From Lama glama (lineage: Eukaryota), in the NCBI GenBank assembly GCA_028534125.1, contig CM052816.1:38380001-38444000 (forward strand): a stretch of DNA of 64,000 nucleotides, written 5' to 3'. Made by a program: the position numbers and the translations under genes. The notes under the pieces were generated by a model. That model did not search any database and was not told where the DNA came from. It worked only from the letters and a program-made list of their open reading frames with translations. Shown here one piece after another: positions 27,063 to 41,209 of this stretch (positions are counted from its first letter, which is position 1; every line of letters begins with the position of its first letter).

Positions 27063-27699
27063 TAAAAAGATCATATATATGTTATATATTTGTATGTGTA
27101 CTGTCTGGCTCCATGTGACTGATATAGCCTTCATGAGGTTAGGGATCCTGACTGCCAGTGAATATCCACTACCTAAAACAAAGTAACAAAGAAAATATTT
27201 ATGATATTTTAGAGTAATCAAGAAACTACCCATAGTATTTTAATAGAATCAAACGTGAGCTTCATAATTCAGTGCACCTTTATTCTTTTGTTGTGCAGTA
27301 ACTGTTCCCACTTAATCCTTTGTTTACTAGAAAAACTGATAACTGAATTCTCCCATTTAATTTGTTCTCATGATGACGATAAACTCGTTACTAACTTAAT
27401 TTTAGAGCTTGCTCTCAAGTGGTCCCCTCAAATTGTTTATACTATTCACTTGAAGCCCAGCTTCTCCACAGGTAAAAAAAAGTTAAGCCCTTTTACTCTC
27501 TTACTCTTAAGTTACTTTCCACAAGTGTCTTATCTGGTCCACTGGCACACTGCACTCTATCTGTCTAAGAGACTTAGTAAGCTTTTGAAATTGCTAGGGA
27601 ACAGTTTTTTCTCTGAAGTATGTATTGCTCCAGTCTTCGGGCTTTCCCTAGGCTCTCTGATCAAGATCCACTCAAATGCAACATTTCATTACTGCCTTC

Positions 27700-27870
27700 T
27701 TTCATTTATCCAATCACTCTTTCATGAAATTTTTATTGAGAACCTCCTATATGTCATACCCTGTCGTAAGTACCAGAGATAGAAGTAGAGGTGGAAAATT
27801 GACAGATGGTTGCTATTCTCATGTAATCTATTGTGGGAGACAGATACTAAAGATAGAATTATCCAAATGA
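27700..27870 (-). mobile_element. L2 3' end
   Basis: ttcatttatccaatc...aatttttattgagaacctcctatatgtca is the reverse L2 tail. Confidence 0.6.
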
Positions 27871-28569
27871 TTATTTAATTATGTGGCATCTGCATGTGGA
27901 GTACACCACCATTTAATCTGAGATTCTGAGAAAAACCAAAATATTAAGATAGAAATAATAATACATATACATTATATATATGGACTACCTATTCCATATA
28001 TTAAATATATTGTAAATCTGTATATTATAAATATATTACACAAATATTTTTATATTATATATTTTTTACTCAGGGAGAGGAAGTCAGCAACTATAAGCAG
28101 ATATGGATAAAGATTAAGAGGAGAAAAAAGAATGAATATGAGAGTTCTAGTGCTAAAGATATAATAAATACAAATTCTCAACCAATTATTTCCTCAGTCC
28201 ATCTACTAATTCATTACCAGAGTATAATCGGAACAACTGAGCAATAATCCCTCATTAGGAATCTATGCAATTTTTTTCCTAGTGCCTCTTCTCATTCTTT
28301 TTCTTGCAGAAATATGTTAGGGGAGAAGAGACATCCTAATTCTCCAATTTCAAATCCTTTGGGACGTTAGTAGAATAGAAGTTATAAATAAATCATAGTG
28401 ACTTAATCCCTCTTTTTTTTCAATCACCTTCTTAGCTTAACTACTCCCACTGTGGCTTTTCCATATTCAATTGGCTTAAATGAACCCCACTTTTTCCGCC
28501 ACCCATCTCTACTTCCCTGCACATCAGTTTTGATCCTTGGTATTATTTATATGGCCTGTAGAAAAGTGC

Positions 28570-28750
28570 TACACATTGACTTGGGATCCGAGAAAATTAT
28601 TTAACATCTGTGCTTCATTTTCTACTTTCCCATCTGTAAAACTTGATGTCATAATATTTATCCAATACCGCACAGAAGTGATATAAGAATTTATTCATGT
28701 TAGTAAGGAACACTGAGATGTAGGGCACAGCAGAAGTATAAAATGCTGTT
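28570..28750 (+). mobile_element. MIR SINE
   Basis: ttatttaacatctgtgcttcatttt...catctgtaaaa MIR core. Confidence 0.55.
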
Positions 28751-30849
28751 ATTATTCTCTGACAGGCTGGTCAAGCTCTATAAATAATACGGTCAGGACG
28801 TGAGAAACATATTATAGTCTATAATGACTTGCAGGTGGGCCACAGTCAACAGACTTAGAGCTCTCGTTCTAAAGTGTCGTGTCATTGAGGCTGTGTAAAT
28901 GTCATCATGCACATTTTGCGGTGGTAGCCTTTCAACTCCATAACTCTACAGCTGAAGATTTTACTTTTCCAATGCCAATGTGAATGTACTGTGGTGAAGA
29001 TACACTTTCCATTTTATAGGTAAGATTTGATTAAGTGGTTTTAGAGGTTACAGTTTAAACTATTTTCTTCTGTGCTATCATTAGAATAGGAAGAGGGCAG
29101 CCACATAGGAAGGTAACTTTTTAAAAGGGCAAAGCAGGACCACAGCCACTGAAAATACTCTAGTTAGAATGGGCAAGTCTGTAGAGAAAAAGAAGAATCA
29201 GACTCATAGTCCTGAACAGTTCTAAAGTGAGGGAATGATGTCCAATAAATTTGAGAGTCACAAAGGAATCCACATGTGGCCCTGCTTTCTGCATTCTTCC
29301 TTATCTTTCCACACATTTATGTGACCAAATACATTTAAGTGCTTTTCCTAGCCTCACGTCTCTATACACACCCCAACCACCTGTCTAGTCTTATCAAACT
29401 AAGAATAGCTAAAGCTGATTGAGAAGTGTAGCAGTGCAAATGTTATGCAAAACCTACGCCTTTAGAAACATCAGGAATGACTGTGCAAATGTGTAACTTG
29501 TATTAGCTACTAAATCCTTCGATTTAATCAACTGTACTTGAGTTGAAGAATACCTAAGCCTCTAAGTTTGCACAGTCTGGAGACTATTAAATTATACCCT
29601 TTTCAGTGAGTTGATGCACTTACCTACACAAAATGTTCTTGTCCTCATAAAACTAGGCTATGCAGAAAGATGACGGGGTTTGTAGGCAGCAGAAAGAAAT
29701 TTTAATTGAACCCAGAATATGTGGAAACCAACAGATGAACTTGGAAGTACAAAGAGAAATAAAACAATGGTCATATTGATTAGTTACATATGTTTGCCAT
29801 ATCTTAGAGTGATACTTTTGTCTTAGAATGGTAGTTTACTAAAAGCACTTTGAACAAAACAAATCAGAAAATCAAAGGAATAAAAGTACAAGAGGCAAGG
29901 GAAGATATTTTTTGAACAATGTTGAAAGATTTGGAACCTAAAGTAGCTGCATTAGAGATGAGAGATGAATTGTACATTGGTGGCAGCACCTGGGGAAGAT
30001 GAAGTCCTCCCGCGCTCTCCGTGAGTGCCCAGGTTTTGTTATGGGCAAATGGCTTTTCTCCAGTAATATGTCAAGATTAAGTTTCATAAGGAGATAGCTT
30101 CAAGAACTCCCCCAGTGAAATCCTGGGGGACTCCCCTAATATAAAAATGTGCACTTCTAGTGTCTAAAAACGGAAAGATTAGTTTCAATAAGCACAAAAT
30201 AATAGAGAGAGAGAAATACAACAATTTCCTGCAAAATAAACGTGGTACGTTTGGGGGATTATATATCAGAAGAAAAATGAGTAAAAATTACAAAAGATAC
30301 TCAAGGAAATCTACCTTTAAATAGTAAATATATATATATATATAACATGTTGAAGTTCAAAGAGAAGCAAATAAGACAAATGGATTAAATAATATCTGTT
30401 CAGCACATTGAGTAAAAGAAAGAAATGTGAGAGACCATGAAAATTAATACATAGGTCTGAATATAATCACACTGCATCTTAGTCAAGTAGGGATATTGTT
30501 TTCACAAACATCTTTTCTCATTTCCCTTTGCTCTAGAAATGAATCTAAATATAGTTCCATGTCCCTTTTTCCCTTTTCTTCTCTCCTATTAAAATCTCCT
30601 CTCCTGACCTTTACTTCCCTAGTGTTTATGTTTCCTTTCCTTCATTCCCATTATGGACACAAATTCCAAGGAAACCAGCTTAAAATGCAGTGTGTGAGGG
30701 TCCAATGGGAATAATTTCTTTCCAAACAGATCTATTAAGTATTGAGAGAACTAGGTGGAAATTCTGGAATCTCTTCTCCAAGCAACTCTTTTTCTCAGAG
30801 ATGATTAAAATTACAATTACAACTGGAAGAACATCTTCCTATTGTCTCT

Positions 30850-31000
30850 CTAACAAATGAACCCTCTTTATCCTTCAAAACTATTTTCATTAACTAAAAT
30901 GTGAGCTCTGAGTAGGACTTTGTTTTCTCCACTGCTATATTCTCGCAATTTAAAATAGTACATATAGCAAGCACTCAATAAGTATTTGTTGAATGAATTA
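30850..31000 (+). mobile_element. L2 3' end
   Basis: gcactcaataagtatttgttgaatgaat terminal L2 motif. Confidence 0.75.
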
Positions 31001-33194
31001 ATGATCCTTTAGGATGATGTTTCTCCATTATGTCTATCTTGAATTTCTCAGATGGGATAGTATGTTTATCCTCCACTGTTCCTGCCTCCTCTCAGGCTGA
31101 CAGTCCCCTTTTCTCTCACAAATCCATCTACACATACATCAGAAAGCAAAAATAAATATAGAATTCTACTAACTCCACAGCATGTTAGCAATCTTCTTTG
31201 CTGACATATTTGTTTTGAGGTTACCTGTCTGAATTTGGGTCCTGAGTGGTCAACTCCCTCTTTTGTAAGTTTACCTCCTTATGATTATGTGCATATTATA
31301 GATATTTTATCCGTTCAAAAAGTCATTATTGAGTTCAGTCCACGGACCAGAAATTGTGCTTGTTCAGTAGACACAAATTTAAATAAATCACAATGCTATT
31401 CCAATAGATGTTTTTTATATTTGATGTGAGGAGAGACACTTAAAGAAATAATGACAATTCAGTGTGTCACATCCTATAATAAAAGAATGTCAAAATGTGC
31501 ATTTAATGAACATTGGTTGATAAAGATGTATAGTTTTAATTATGACTTTCTACATCACTAGTGTTTAATAAACATTTATCTGTGAAAAAAATATTAATAC
31601 AACATTTATTTTAAAATTTATGGACCAATGTATGATAATACAATTCAAACTTCAAAATGAATCATCTACTTCAAAAACTATTTGTAGTTGTCATTTAATT
31701 GATATTCTAAGTAAAAAAAAAATTTATAAAATTTGAGCAAAAAGGCTTCAAAATTATCCAGTTTTTGAGTTTCTATATGCATATTATTTTATTTATTTCT
31801 AGTCGTTACTTCTAGAAGATAGATTTATTTTGATAACTTTGTTTATAAAACTGAAATATAAAGTAAGGCAAAGTTTATCATCATTGCCACACGTTGAATA
31901 AGAGGGAGATTACAAAGGTAAAAGTTCTCCTTCTCTATATATTGGTACCAAAGACCGCATTACAGCTGCAAAGTTATAGGGGAATACTCACCAAATATAA
32001 AGTTACAGAAGATTATGAGGAAGAACATTTTGATGACTGATTAGAATAAGTTTTGTTATTTCTTTGTTAAATAAAAAAGTCTTACACTGTTAGTTATTGT
32101 CTTGATGACTGAATACTAGTTGTTGGGAAGATTTCTACAAACTGCTAAACAAAATCACCATTAGGTCACAGAAAGTGTACAACATAAAACTGTATTTCAG
32201 AGAGGCTTAAGAGGAGTTTTGAATTATGTAATTATAGGAGTCATGTGCCACTATGCAGGTCAGTAAAGCAACGTGAAGTATCTCCTACTCTCCAGGAGAT
32301 CAGAGGTCATTTGGTGTTTTCATAATTTTAGCTAAAAATAAAGTCCCTGACATTAGAATCAGAGTTTGTACTTTTCGATCCACTGGCAAACCATGGGCTA
32401 AAATATGTGAGAACATTTATCAAATGGAGCATGTTCCCAAAGTGATCCCTTTTAAAGAAACTTTCTACAAGACATAACAGAGGTCATTAGCAGATTATCT
32501 GTGACTCAGGGTATTATATCAATATTCAACTTCTGGAAAATTCTGATGACTTGGGGGCAAAGGTTGGGTCCTCCATGTGCTCATTAAACAAAGCTACAGT
32601 GACCTCTCTGAATAACCTCTTGGCGCACAACTATACCATTTTCTCTTGCCTTTCCTTCTGAGGGCAGCAACAAATGCTGTAGTGCTGGAGGGACCAGTGA
32701 GTCAAGAATGAACCCTCTCACCATGGAAAAATAAAAAAACAGAAAGGTCCATTGAACTGCCTATATCAAAATATTTTTCTCTAGTGGTTAAACTGCAAAA
32801 TTGCATGGGTATCTGCATCTCACATGGGGCTTTGCCCCACAGCATTGCAAGGCAGCAGTCAAATAGAGAAAAATAATCTTCCATCAGCTTCCTTCCACCA
32901 CCAAACTACACACACACACACACACGCAGACATACATACACACCTTTGTACGTACACCTTTAATGTCGTTCACTCCCCTATCCTTGAGTGATCTTGTCCT
33001 TGCTCCCACTCCAGCTTCATACCCTTGGCTCTCCTTATAAAAAAAAGAAAAGCTCTCTGATGAACTAACTCAGAAGGAGATCTTAACAATGCTTAAAGCT
33101 ATTCATATGTGCTCTGAAATAGTGAACAGTAATTTTTTCACAAATACTGTAAAAAAAATATAAATTACTATCTCAGGCATTGAGAATTTGTTTC

Positions 33195-34490
33195 TTCAAA
33201 ACAGTTTATTGAAATCCCACTCTGTTCAAGTACTGAAAGACACCGAGGACACCGCAGCGAGCTAAAAGGACAAACTAGCTGGCCCCGCAGAGCTTACGGT
33301 CTAAAATGGGATATGGCAATTTATCACAAAACTATTCACTATAAATGAAATAAGAGCTACAAAAGAGAATGTTGATGGTGCTATGGGACTGAATCAGGTA
33401 GAATCTGAAAGCCTACCCTAAAATGTGAAGACTGAGACGAAATCTGAAGAAAAGACAGCAGGTAAGTGGATTAAAACGCCTGTAGTCCAAGGACCTGGAA
33501 AAAGGCATTTATGGAGAAGTTCAGAGTAGGGAAGAGCCGTGTTGAGACGACTGCTCAGAGACCCAGTCGCGCAAGACCTCCACGGACAGGGTGGTCATGG
33601 AGGTTCATCATGCAAACTAAGGCACTTCTGAAAGTGAAATGGGTGTCTACTAGTAACAGTAAGCATAGTTGGGTTACCAGTTACTGAATGACTAGAGACC
33701 AGAGCCATCCTATTCACCGGCGGTCCTAAAGTCTTGGGCTTTAGCCTAAAGACAGTGAAGAGGCTCTGAAATCTTTTTAGCAGAAAGGAAATAGATTCAA
33801 ACTCACATGATACTCTGCCCACACTATGGAGAACGGTGAGGAGGGGGACTAGCGCAGTAGCCACATTAAGGTATAGCAGCCAGGCCTAGGGGGGGCATTA
33901 ATGGACGGGTGGTGTGGAAGAGAAAAGTAACAAGGATAACCCTAGGCTCCTGTCTTACAGCTGGATACATGGTACTAACATTCATTAAATAGGACACAGA
34001 AGAGCAGCAGCTTTAGGCTGAGGTCGTGGGTGGGAAGAGGACGCCTAGTTCTGCTTACAGTCTTACAGAGTTTAGAATGTGTTTGAAAGAAGAAATCATG
34101 CAAAAGAAGTTAAAAATAAAACTGTTTCACAGAGGAGAATTCAGAGTTGGTGATATAAATCCCTGAGTCATTTGCATGCCAGTGGTAACTAAGGCAAGCA
34201 CAGGAGTGCCGCCTAGAAAGAGTTCGCACTGAGGAAGACAGGAGGGGAAGGATGAACCTTTAAGGTACTCCAGCTTGAGGACAGACACTTACAGGAGAAT
34301 GAAACTGCAAAGAAGGCTGAAAAAGAGTTGCCTAAATGGTATAGTAAGACTAAGAGAGGATGATACTATGGAAGCAGAGGTAAGACAGCAGTTGAGAGAG
34401 CAAAAAACAACAGTGATAACAAGTGACATCGATCAAGTAAGGTGAGAGCCAAAAAATGTTATTTAATTTATCAAAATGGAATTTAAGGGC
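33195..34490 (-). mobile_element. L2 LINE
   Basis: Begins aacagtttattgaaatcccactctgttcaagtactg (reverse L2 tail) and continues with a purine-rich L2 body. Confidence 0.7.
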
Positions 34491-34621
34491 ATGGATTTGC
34501 TAGCAGATTACCCGTTAGAATCCCACCTCCTTCATTTACTACTTAAGTATTCCAGTATAAGCTACCTAAACTCTCTTTGCCTCAGTCTTCTCATTTGTAA
34601 AGTGGAGCTGTTTTGAATAGC

Positions 34622-35545
34622 ACTCATCAAAGTGTGTTCTGTGGACACGAGAGGATTCCAGATATCCTTGCAGGACGTTTGTGAGATCAAAACTCTTTCA
34701 TAATAACGTTAAGAGATTATCTTCCTTTTTGACTGAGTTGACTTGCAAAAACCAAGGAGGTAGCGCCAAAATGTATTATTATCATTGTATTCTTCTTTAC
34801 AGTCCACTTGCAGTTAAAAGAAAAGAAAAAAAAAGTCAATTCCCTATAAGAATGTTATTGATGAACTAGTAAAAACATTAATTTTATTACAGTTTGATCT
34901 TTCATATTATATAATGAAATGTGTAAATGCTGCCAAGATCTGCACATCTCAGTAAACCAAAATTTTCTAAATGACTAATGCATAATGTTCCAAAATTCTA
35001 CATGGGTAAAAATATCCATTTGATGTGCAAAATACTCCAGTGGATTCAAATGTAACAGACTATGAAAAATTTACTGATATGATTTTGGATTCAACATTGA
35101 AATAACCTTTAGGTTTTTAAAATAGCCCTCCATTTTCCAACTAGGTATCTAAATGAGGCTAGAACTTCTTCACATGCTTCCTGCAAAACACTGTATCACA
35201 ACAGATTGAATGCAAAAGAAGATACGAAAGTCTAACTGTCTTCTATTAAGCCAGTTATTAAAAAGATTTGAAAAATATAAAATATTGCCACTTTTTCCAA
35301 TACATTGCTTTTATGTTGGAAAATATTTTTATCTTCATAAAAATTTTTACTTATGTTACCTTGCAGTGGTTTTATCATTATTGTTGTTAAACTAATTACT
35401 ACATGAATATTTCCAGTTGTCATAATTTTATTTAAGAATATGAAAAATGTCAACATATAAAGCCTACATAAACAAATGCTCTTTGAGATATTTGACAATT
35501 TTAAGAGTATAAAGTGTCTTTGAGACAAAAAAGTTTGAGAATCCC
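34622..35545. mobile_element. hAT-Charlie (Charlie1-like) DNA transposon, preceded by a MIR at about 34490-34620
   Basis: caaagtgtgttctgtggac...gagatcaaaactctttcataata and aaacaaatgctctttg...aaaagtttgagaatccc resemble Charlie1 ends. Confidence 0.7.
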
Positions 35546-35634
35546 AAATTTTGAGAATAAAAAGGTAATTCTTATAAAGAATGAATTCATTCTTATAAAG
35601 TATTTAGAACACTGTCTCAAAGCTCTTTACAAGT

Positions 35635-35780
35635 GTTGATAAATAGACAGATGATAGAAAAATAAATGAGATAGATATACAGATGATACAGAAATAGATG
35701 GATAGACGGATGATAGATTAAAAAGATGATTAGCAGGTAAATAAACAAATGATAGATAGGCAGGTAGAGAGACAGACACA
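35635..35780. repeat. Degenerate (GATA)n/(GACA)n microsatellite
   Basis: Repeated gata/gaca/gatg units. Confidence 0.8.
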
Positions 35781-38700
35781 CAATAACTGGTTAAATTAAC
35801 TGAACTGTTTCGGGTGAATACTGAGGATGGAAACTGGATTGAAATATATAGAAGAGAGAGGGAGATACTCTGGAAATACAAACATCACCCACAGGCAAAA
35901 TTATTTTCTGCCTCCTCTTTAATTTGATCCTGTATGAAAATACTGATGTGTTACCCCACTTATCATCACGTAGATGTGCCCTGGTACCTTATATAAAGAG
36001 AAACAGGAGAAAAATAACCAATGAAAGAAAAACTAAAGGCTTGATGGAGCAGTGTGATAGAGACAGAAACTTCAATGAGAATTCCATTAGAGAAGTTCGT
36101 GCTTCAGAGAAGGAAAAACTGTGAAAAACAGTACATAGACGCTTCATTTTAGAATAAAGACTCCTAATCTGATTTTCTCTGTAAGAGAAATCTGCTTCTT
36201 CTCTATCCTAAAAGGGTCCTTGAATATGCCTGCTGCTTATAGCTAATAAAGTCACATAGACAAAAAGCCTCTTTTTCATTTCTGTGAGTCAAAGGTTGAT
36301 CTGAAAATCCATCAGAAGATCTTAAAGAAATGTGAAAAGAAGATGGCTCACAGTACATGACAAATGCATTTATGGGGACAATAGGTTGTCTAAATTATGT
36401 ATTTGGCAGCCTGGAACTTTAATACCCCCCAAGTATTCAAGGAGTAGAGGTGAAGAAAAGGAAAAGGACAGTGGTCCTTAGGTTTTTTGTGGGAAAGAAA
36501 GTCATTCCATTATGAATCTAGTGACACATATAGACACTCATCCCAGAAAAATGTACATGGACCCAGTTTTCTAACATACAGTCAGGGGACTATACAGCCT
36601 GCATAAAGAACATCCATGGGCTTTCCGAAAGATAATGGATCCCAAGTTAGGAAATGCTAAAATCAGGGAAAGTAATTTAGAAGCAAAAAAGACAGTTTCT
36701 AGCAACATTTTCCATTAAATTGCTCTAGATTTCTAACACACCAAAAGCAATCTTCTGAGTGCCTGGCATATAGATGAGGCTTAATAGAGGAATAAAACTG
36801 TCTTCATGGAAAGAAGCACTCATCTGGTCCAGCTTCCTTGCTTTACAAAAGAGGAAATTAAAATCTAGAGACACTAGATTTTTTGCTCAGGGTTACAAAA
36901 TCAGTCAGGGAATTAGCTGACCCTTCTCACATTCTAATCATTTTTCCCCAACTCTCCTGGAAACAAAGAGTTACATCTGCTCAAAGTTAGAATATTAGTG
37001 TCCATACACTGTAGGATTCTGAATCTAGGAACGTGCATTACCAAAACTGGAAAACCATGTAGTAAGGTAAGGGAGATGTTTTACCTCAGGAAACTTGAGA
37101 ACACAATTGAAGAATAAAAGTTGATGAGACACAAACACCAGCAGTTGCATCCACAAATTGTACAAAACATCTTAGGAATGTATTACACATGATAAAGGTG
37201 CATACAGGTTAAATCAGTTATTCATAATTGTAATCATAGGATTACAAAATGCCCCTGTATCTACCAAAGTCACAGAAGGAAAAAGATATTATAACAGAAG
37301 GGGTAAGGGAGGAGCATTTACTTAACTTATTTACAAACTGTGGATAGTGTTAAGGTAAGTCAAGAAGAGATGGTGCACACCACCACGGCTGGCCATGTGG
37401 GAAGCGGTTACACCCTTTAGGACTGCGGAGCAGCCACATAAGGGAAAGCAGGGTGGGGCGGGGGGGTACGTTGCAGGAATAAATGTCGCTGCCTCACTGT
37501 CCTTTCACCCTCCAATCTCCTGCCAGTGACTTACCTGACCAAACCAGAAGCCAAAAGGCAAAGACATCTACTGATATGGTTCAAAAATGATGATCTCACA
37601 GGTCACAGAAGAAGGTGGAGAATGATGGATCTGAAGGGATAAATGGAGAAGACCCAGAAAATCACTGGAGCATACAGTTGGCTTCTTACAAGCTGTAGGA
37701 AACTCAGAGCCATTCCTTGAGCACCCACCAAATTCTGTGCACAAGACCGCATTATTTCTATATCTCGTATCTCTAATGGGAGCCACTAAACAGAGGAAGC
37801 AATTGACTCCCATATTCAATATACACTAATGCAACATTAGAAACCACCTTAAACTAATGGGCTATGGAAGAAATACAAGGATTTCATGCTGCGATTCAAA
37901 ATCTAACTTCACCAGGCAATCCTAAGTGATCAAAAATGCTTGCTAAGGAGCCATCGCCTGAAGGAAAAATGTTCGGCAATGTAGTATCCAAGAGGCACTC
38001 CAGACAGAACTGATGAATAAAGTAACTGATTGAGGAGGGAAGGCAAGACCCAACTCGAGATCATTGCTTGCTACTTCTCAAAAGGTGTTACATGGTTTTT
38101 GACCAGCAGCCCTTTGGAAAAGCTTACTTCTGCTTAGGATGCTAAGAGTTCAGAACTAACAAGAGAAAGCCTTTGGAAGCAGCTGACAAAATTATAACAC
38201 CCAAACCCTGACACTGAGGAAAAAGTCTGCCTTAAAGTACCCAAAGCCTAAGGCAGCCAATAATGCCTGGAATCAAAGATGGAATGCAAGGAGCCACCTG
38301 ACTGTGCTGGGGCTAAGAAAAGAGGTAAGTCCACTGGGCGCGGCCCATATTCCTCTCCCTCCTACCCCTCGCCCATTCTCGGGGTACACAATGATTTGAA
38401 TTAGGAATGTAACCTTTACTGTTTGAATACCTCTGGTAAGAGGACAAACACTGTCCAAATGTCTCTTTGGACAAAGAGGACAAATATTAGCCTGTCAATG
38501 GCTTAAAAACCCGAATGGACACTGAACTCGGTCCTCAGCCTGCCAGCAGTAAGAGGTGCACAAAAGAGGTTTCTATTGCATTTCACTCTGTAGTCCTGAC
38601 TTTAGTCAAAATAAATTTTGATACTGAAACTGAAGCATAATCCCTCACTGCTATTCTTACTTTAAACTTGAATAACCTCTGTAAATTGTGCAGACAGGTG

Positions 38701-39356
38701 CTTAATGAAGTCTATATTTATAAAACAGTATTTTTCTTCACAGGACTATGGACTCTAATACATCTCTTCTAATTGGAATCAAGTTTCCTCATCAGAGCTC
38801 CTCTGGCCTCGCCTAAGCCATATGTTCAGAGAATATGGAGTCAATCCACTGTGCCAGCTGTGTTCTCATTATGTAAAATGCACCATAGTTTGGATGGCAC
38901 GGTTGACACGGATCACTCCACTCTGGCAGAAGCAAGCCAACAGAGTGTATGTGTAAACCTGTGAGGTGAAATGGAAGACTGGGAGAGCTGCCGAGGGTGG
39001 GGCTATTCAAACGAGTGAATTTTCAGAACCAAGACTATTTCTCATTGTAAATTTAGTTACCTCCCCCAAAATGTAGTAGGGAATGTTATTTTTAACTGAC
39101 TTGACCATCAGTGGAAAGCACTGGTAATCTTGGAGGGTTATATGTAACTGTATGTAAAGCACAACACAGTCTGCCCAGCTATGTTTAAGGCACAGAAAAA
39201 ACCAAGGGAAACAATCCTATTACTCTGAGACAGAAGCAACTTCTGAAAAACTCTGTGAGTCACATTTTAAAAGATAACTGAAGTAGATCTTATTAACGTT
39301 TAAAATGATTTCTTTACACCCTTTCAAAATTATTATGCGTCCCTCCCCCATTGCCA

Positions 39357-39680
39357 TCAGGCTGTGACATGGGACTTCTGTTTCCTGCCTTGCCTTTTGA
39401 ATTCAGGCAGGGACATGGTGATTTGTTTAGGCCTGTTAAGTGTCTGAACAAAAGTTTTAAGAACCAGCATGTGAGTTGCCAAGTCTCTTTGTTCTCTCTG
39501 CAGTAATGTTCTAGATACAGACTGATCCACCAGCCTGTGTCCTAGAGTAAACAGGACAGAACAGAACAGTAACTGATGAGTGACGGATATATTACACAAG
39601 GTAGAAATAAGTTTTGTGGTAAACCACTTAGATTTTCAGGTTGTTACCTCAGCCTAATCTAACCAATCCCGCCTGAAGTA
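39357..39680. mobile_element. MLT1-type LTR fragments
   Basis: ggctgtgacatgggacttctg... and gaaataagttttgtggtaaaccacttagattttcaggttgttacctcagc are MLT1-like. Confidence 0.5.
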
Positions 39681-40259
39681 ATAATGCTTTGAAAAATTCA
39701 TGTTAATAAGCCCAACTTTTCAATCTTCTTCTCCTCGTTGATGAGATTTTAAATAGCTTGTGTTCTTTACTGTGCTTCCAAATTGGAGGATGGATCCAAT
39801 CAAAAAGTCTAAAAGAAATTACACCCTCACACTAAAGACATTTAAAATAATTCACCCAGAGAAAATTACATTCAATTGGCTATGATTTTTGTTGTTTATG
39901 CTCCTTATACTTCCAAGCAATTTCTTACGAAGCAGCTACAAAATGTTTACAAAATAGCTAAGTATAAGAATAAGATGCCAGTCATCCTTAGTGTCACTTA
40001 GTGCCAGAAGTCTAAGGATTACATAAAGGTCAAAGTCAAATAAACATGAAGGAGCCAACAGATTTAAATTCAGCTTTGAATTTTGGCTGGTGATTAGACT
40101 CCATTTTGGAGAAGAACTGAGCTATCCAAAGTTGGGGATTATTTACTCTACTGTAGTGGAACTAAAATATCCAAAGCAAATTCAGATAGAGAAAAAGCAC
40201 ATTCCCAATCAATAGGAATCCGTTCAGAACTCAAGATTTAATCACACCAATATGATTAG

Positions 40260-40877
40260 AGTAGTTCCCACCTCTCTGTAGGGCATATGACTCAAGGCAC
40301 CCAGTGGATGCCTGAACCTCTGATAATACTAAACTCTATATACAATATGTTTTTTTCTATACATATACACCTATGATAAAATCTAATTTATAAATTAGGC
40401 ACAGTAAGAAATGAACAACTAAATAAAATAAAACAAGCACCACAATATATTGTAATAAAAGTTATGTGAATGTGGTCTCTCTCTTTCTCAAAATATCTGA
40501 TTGTACTATACTCAACTTCTTGTGATATGAGATGATAAAATGCCTACATGATGAGATGAAGTGAGGTGAACGCTGCAGGCACTGCGATGTAGCATTAGGC
40601 TACTCATCTCCCCCGACTATACATCTACTTCAGGTGGTCCCGAATCATCCAGCCATCATGATGGCAGTGATTGAGTCTCAGGAGCAGAAGACGATGATGG
40701 CTGGGGATCCTGGGCAGGAAGCAGCAGGACAGTGTGCGATTTCACCATGCTCCTTAGAATGGCATGTAATTTAAAACTTATGAATTGTTTATTTCTAGAA
40801 TTTTCCATTTAATATTTTCAGACTGCAGGTAACTGAAAAGGCAGAAAGTGAAACCTTGGTAAAGGGGGGACTACTGT
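40260..40877 (-). mobile_element. MER44/Tigger7 (TcMar-Tigger) DNA transposon
   Basis: Terminal inverted repeats agtagttcccac... / ...ggggggactactg with TA flanks; internal aaacttatgaattgtttatttctagaattttccatttaatatttt. Confidence 0.85.
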
Positions 40878-41209
40878 ACATATATTATTCAAGGCCTTCT
40901 CCCAGACACGTGAAAGATAAAGTCGCGTGAAAAGTATAAAGAGTATGTACACTGAACTCAGATACAAATAGGCCTAAATTCCATCTTGACCTACTTCTTG
41001 CAAACCACACGATCTGAAACAAGCTATTTAATCTAATTCCTCTTCAGTGAAATCGGGATGATAGCTACTCACAGGTTTGGTGTAAACATTAAACAACGTG
41101 TGAAATGCAGCTATGAAAATTGAACAAAATATTATATGAACTCACTTTATATTGATTTACATTTTATTTATGTATCTACAACTAGATTTTATTTATAATA
41201 TTTACTAAA

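Noticed and set aside
27255..27782. 175-aa ORF
   Set aside because: Non-ATG start, runs into an L2 tail, no domain or splice support.
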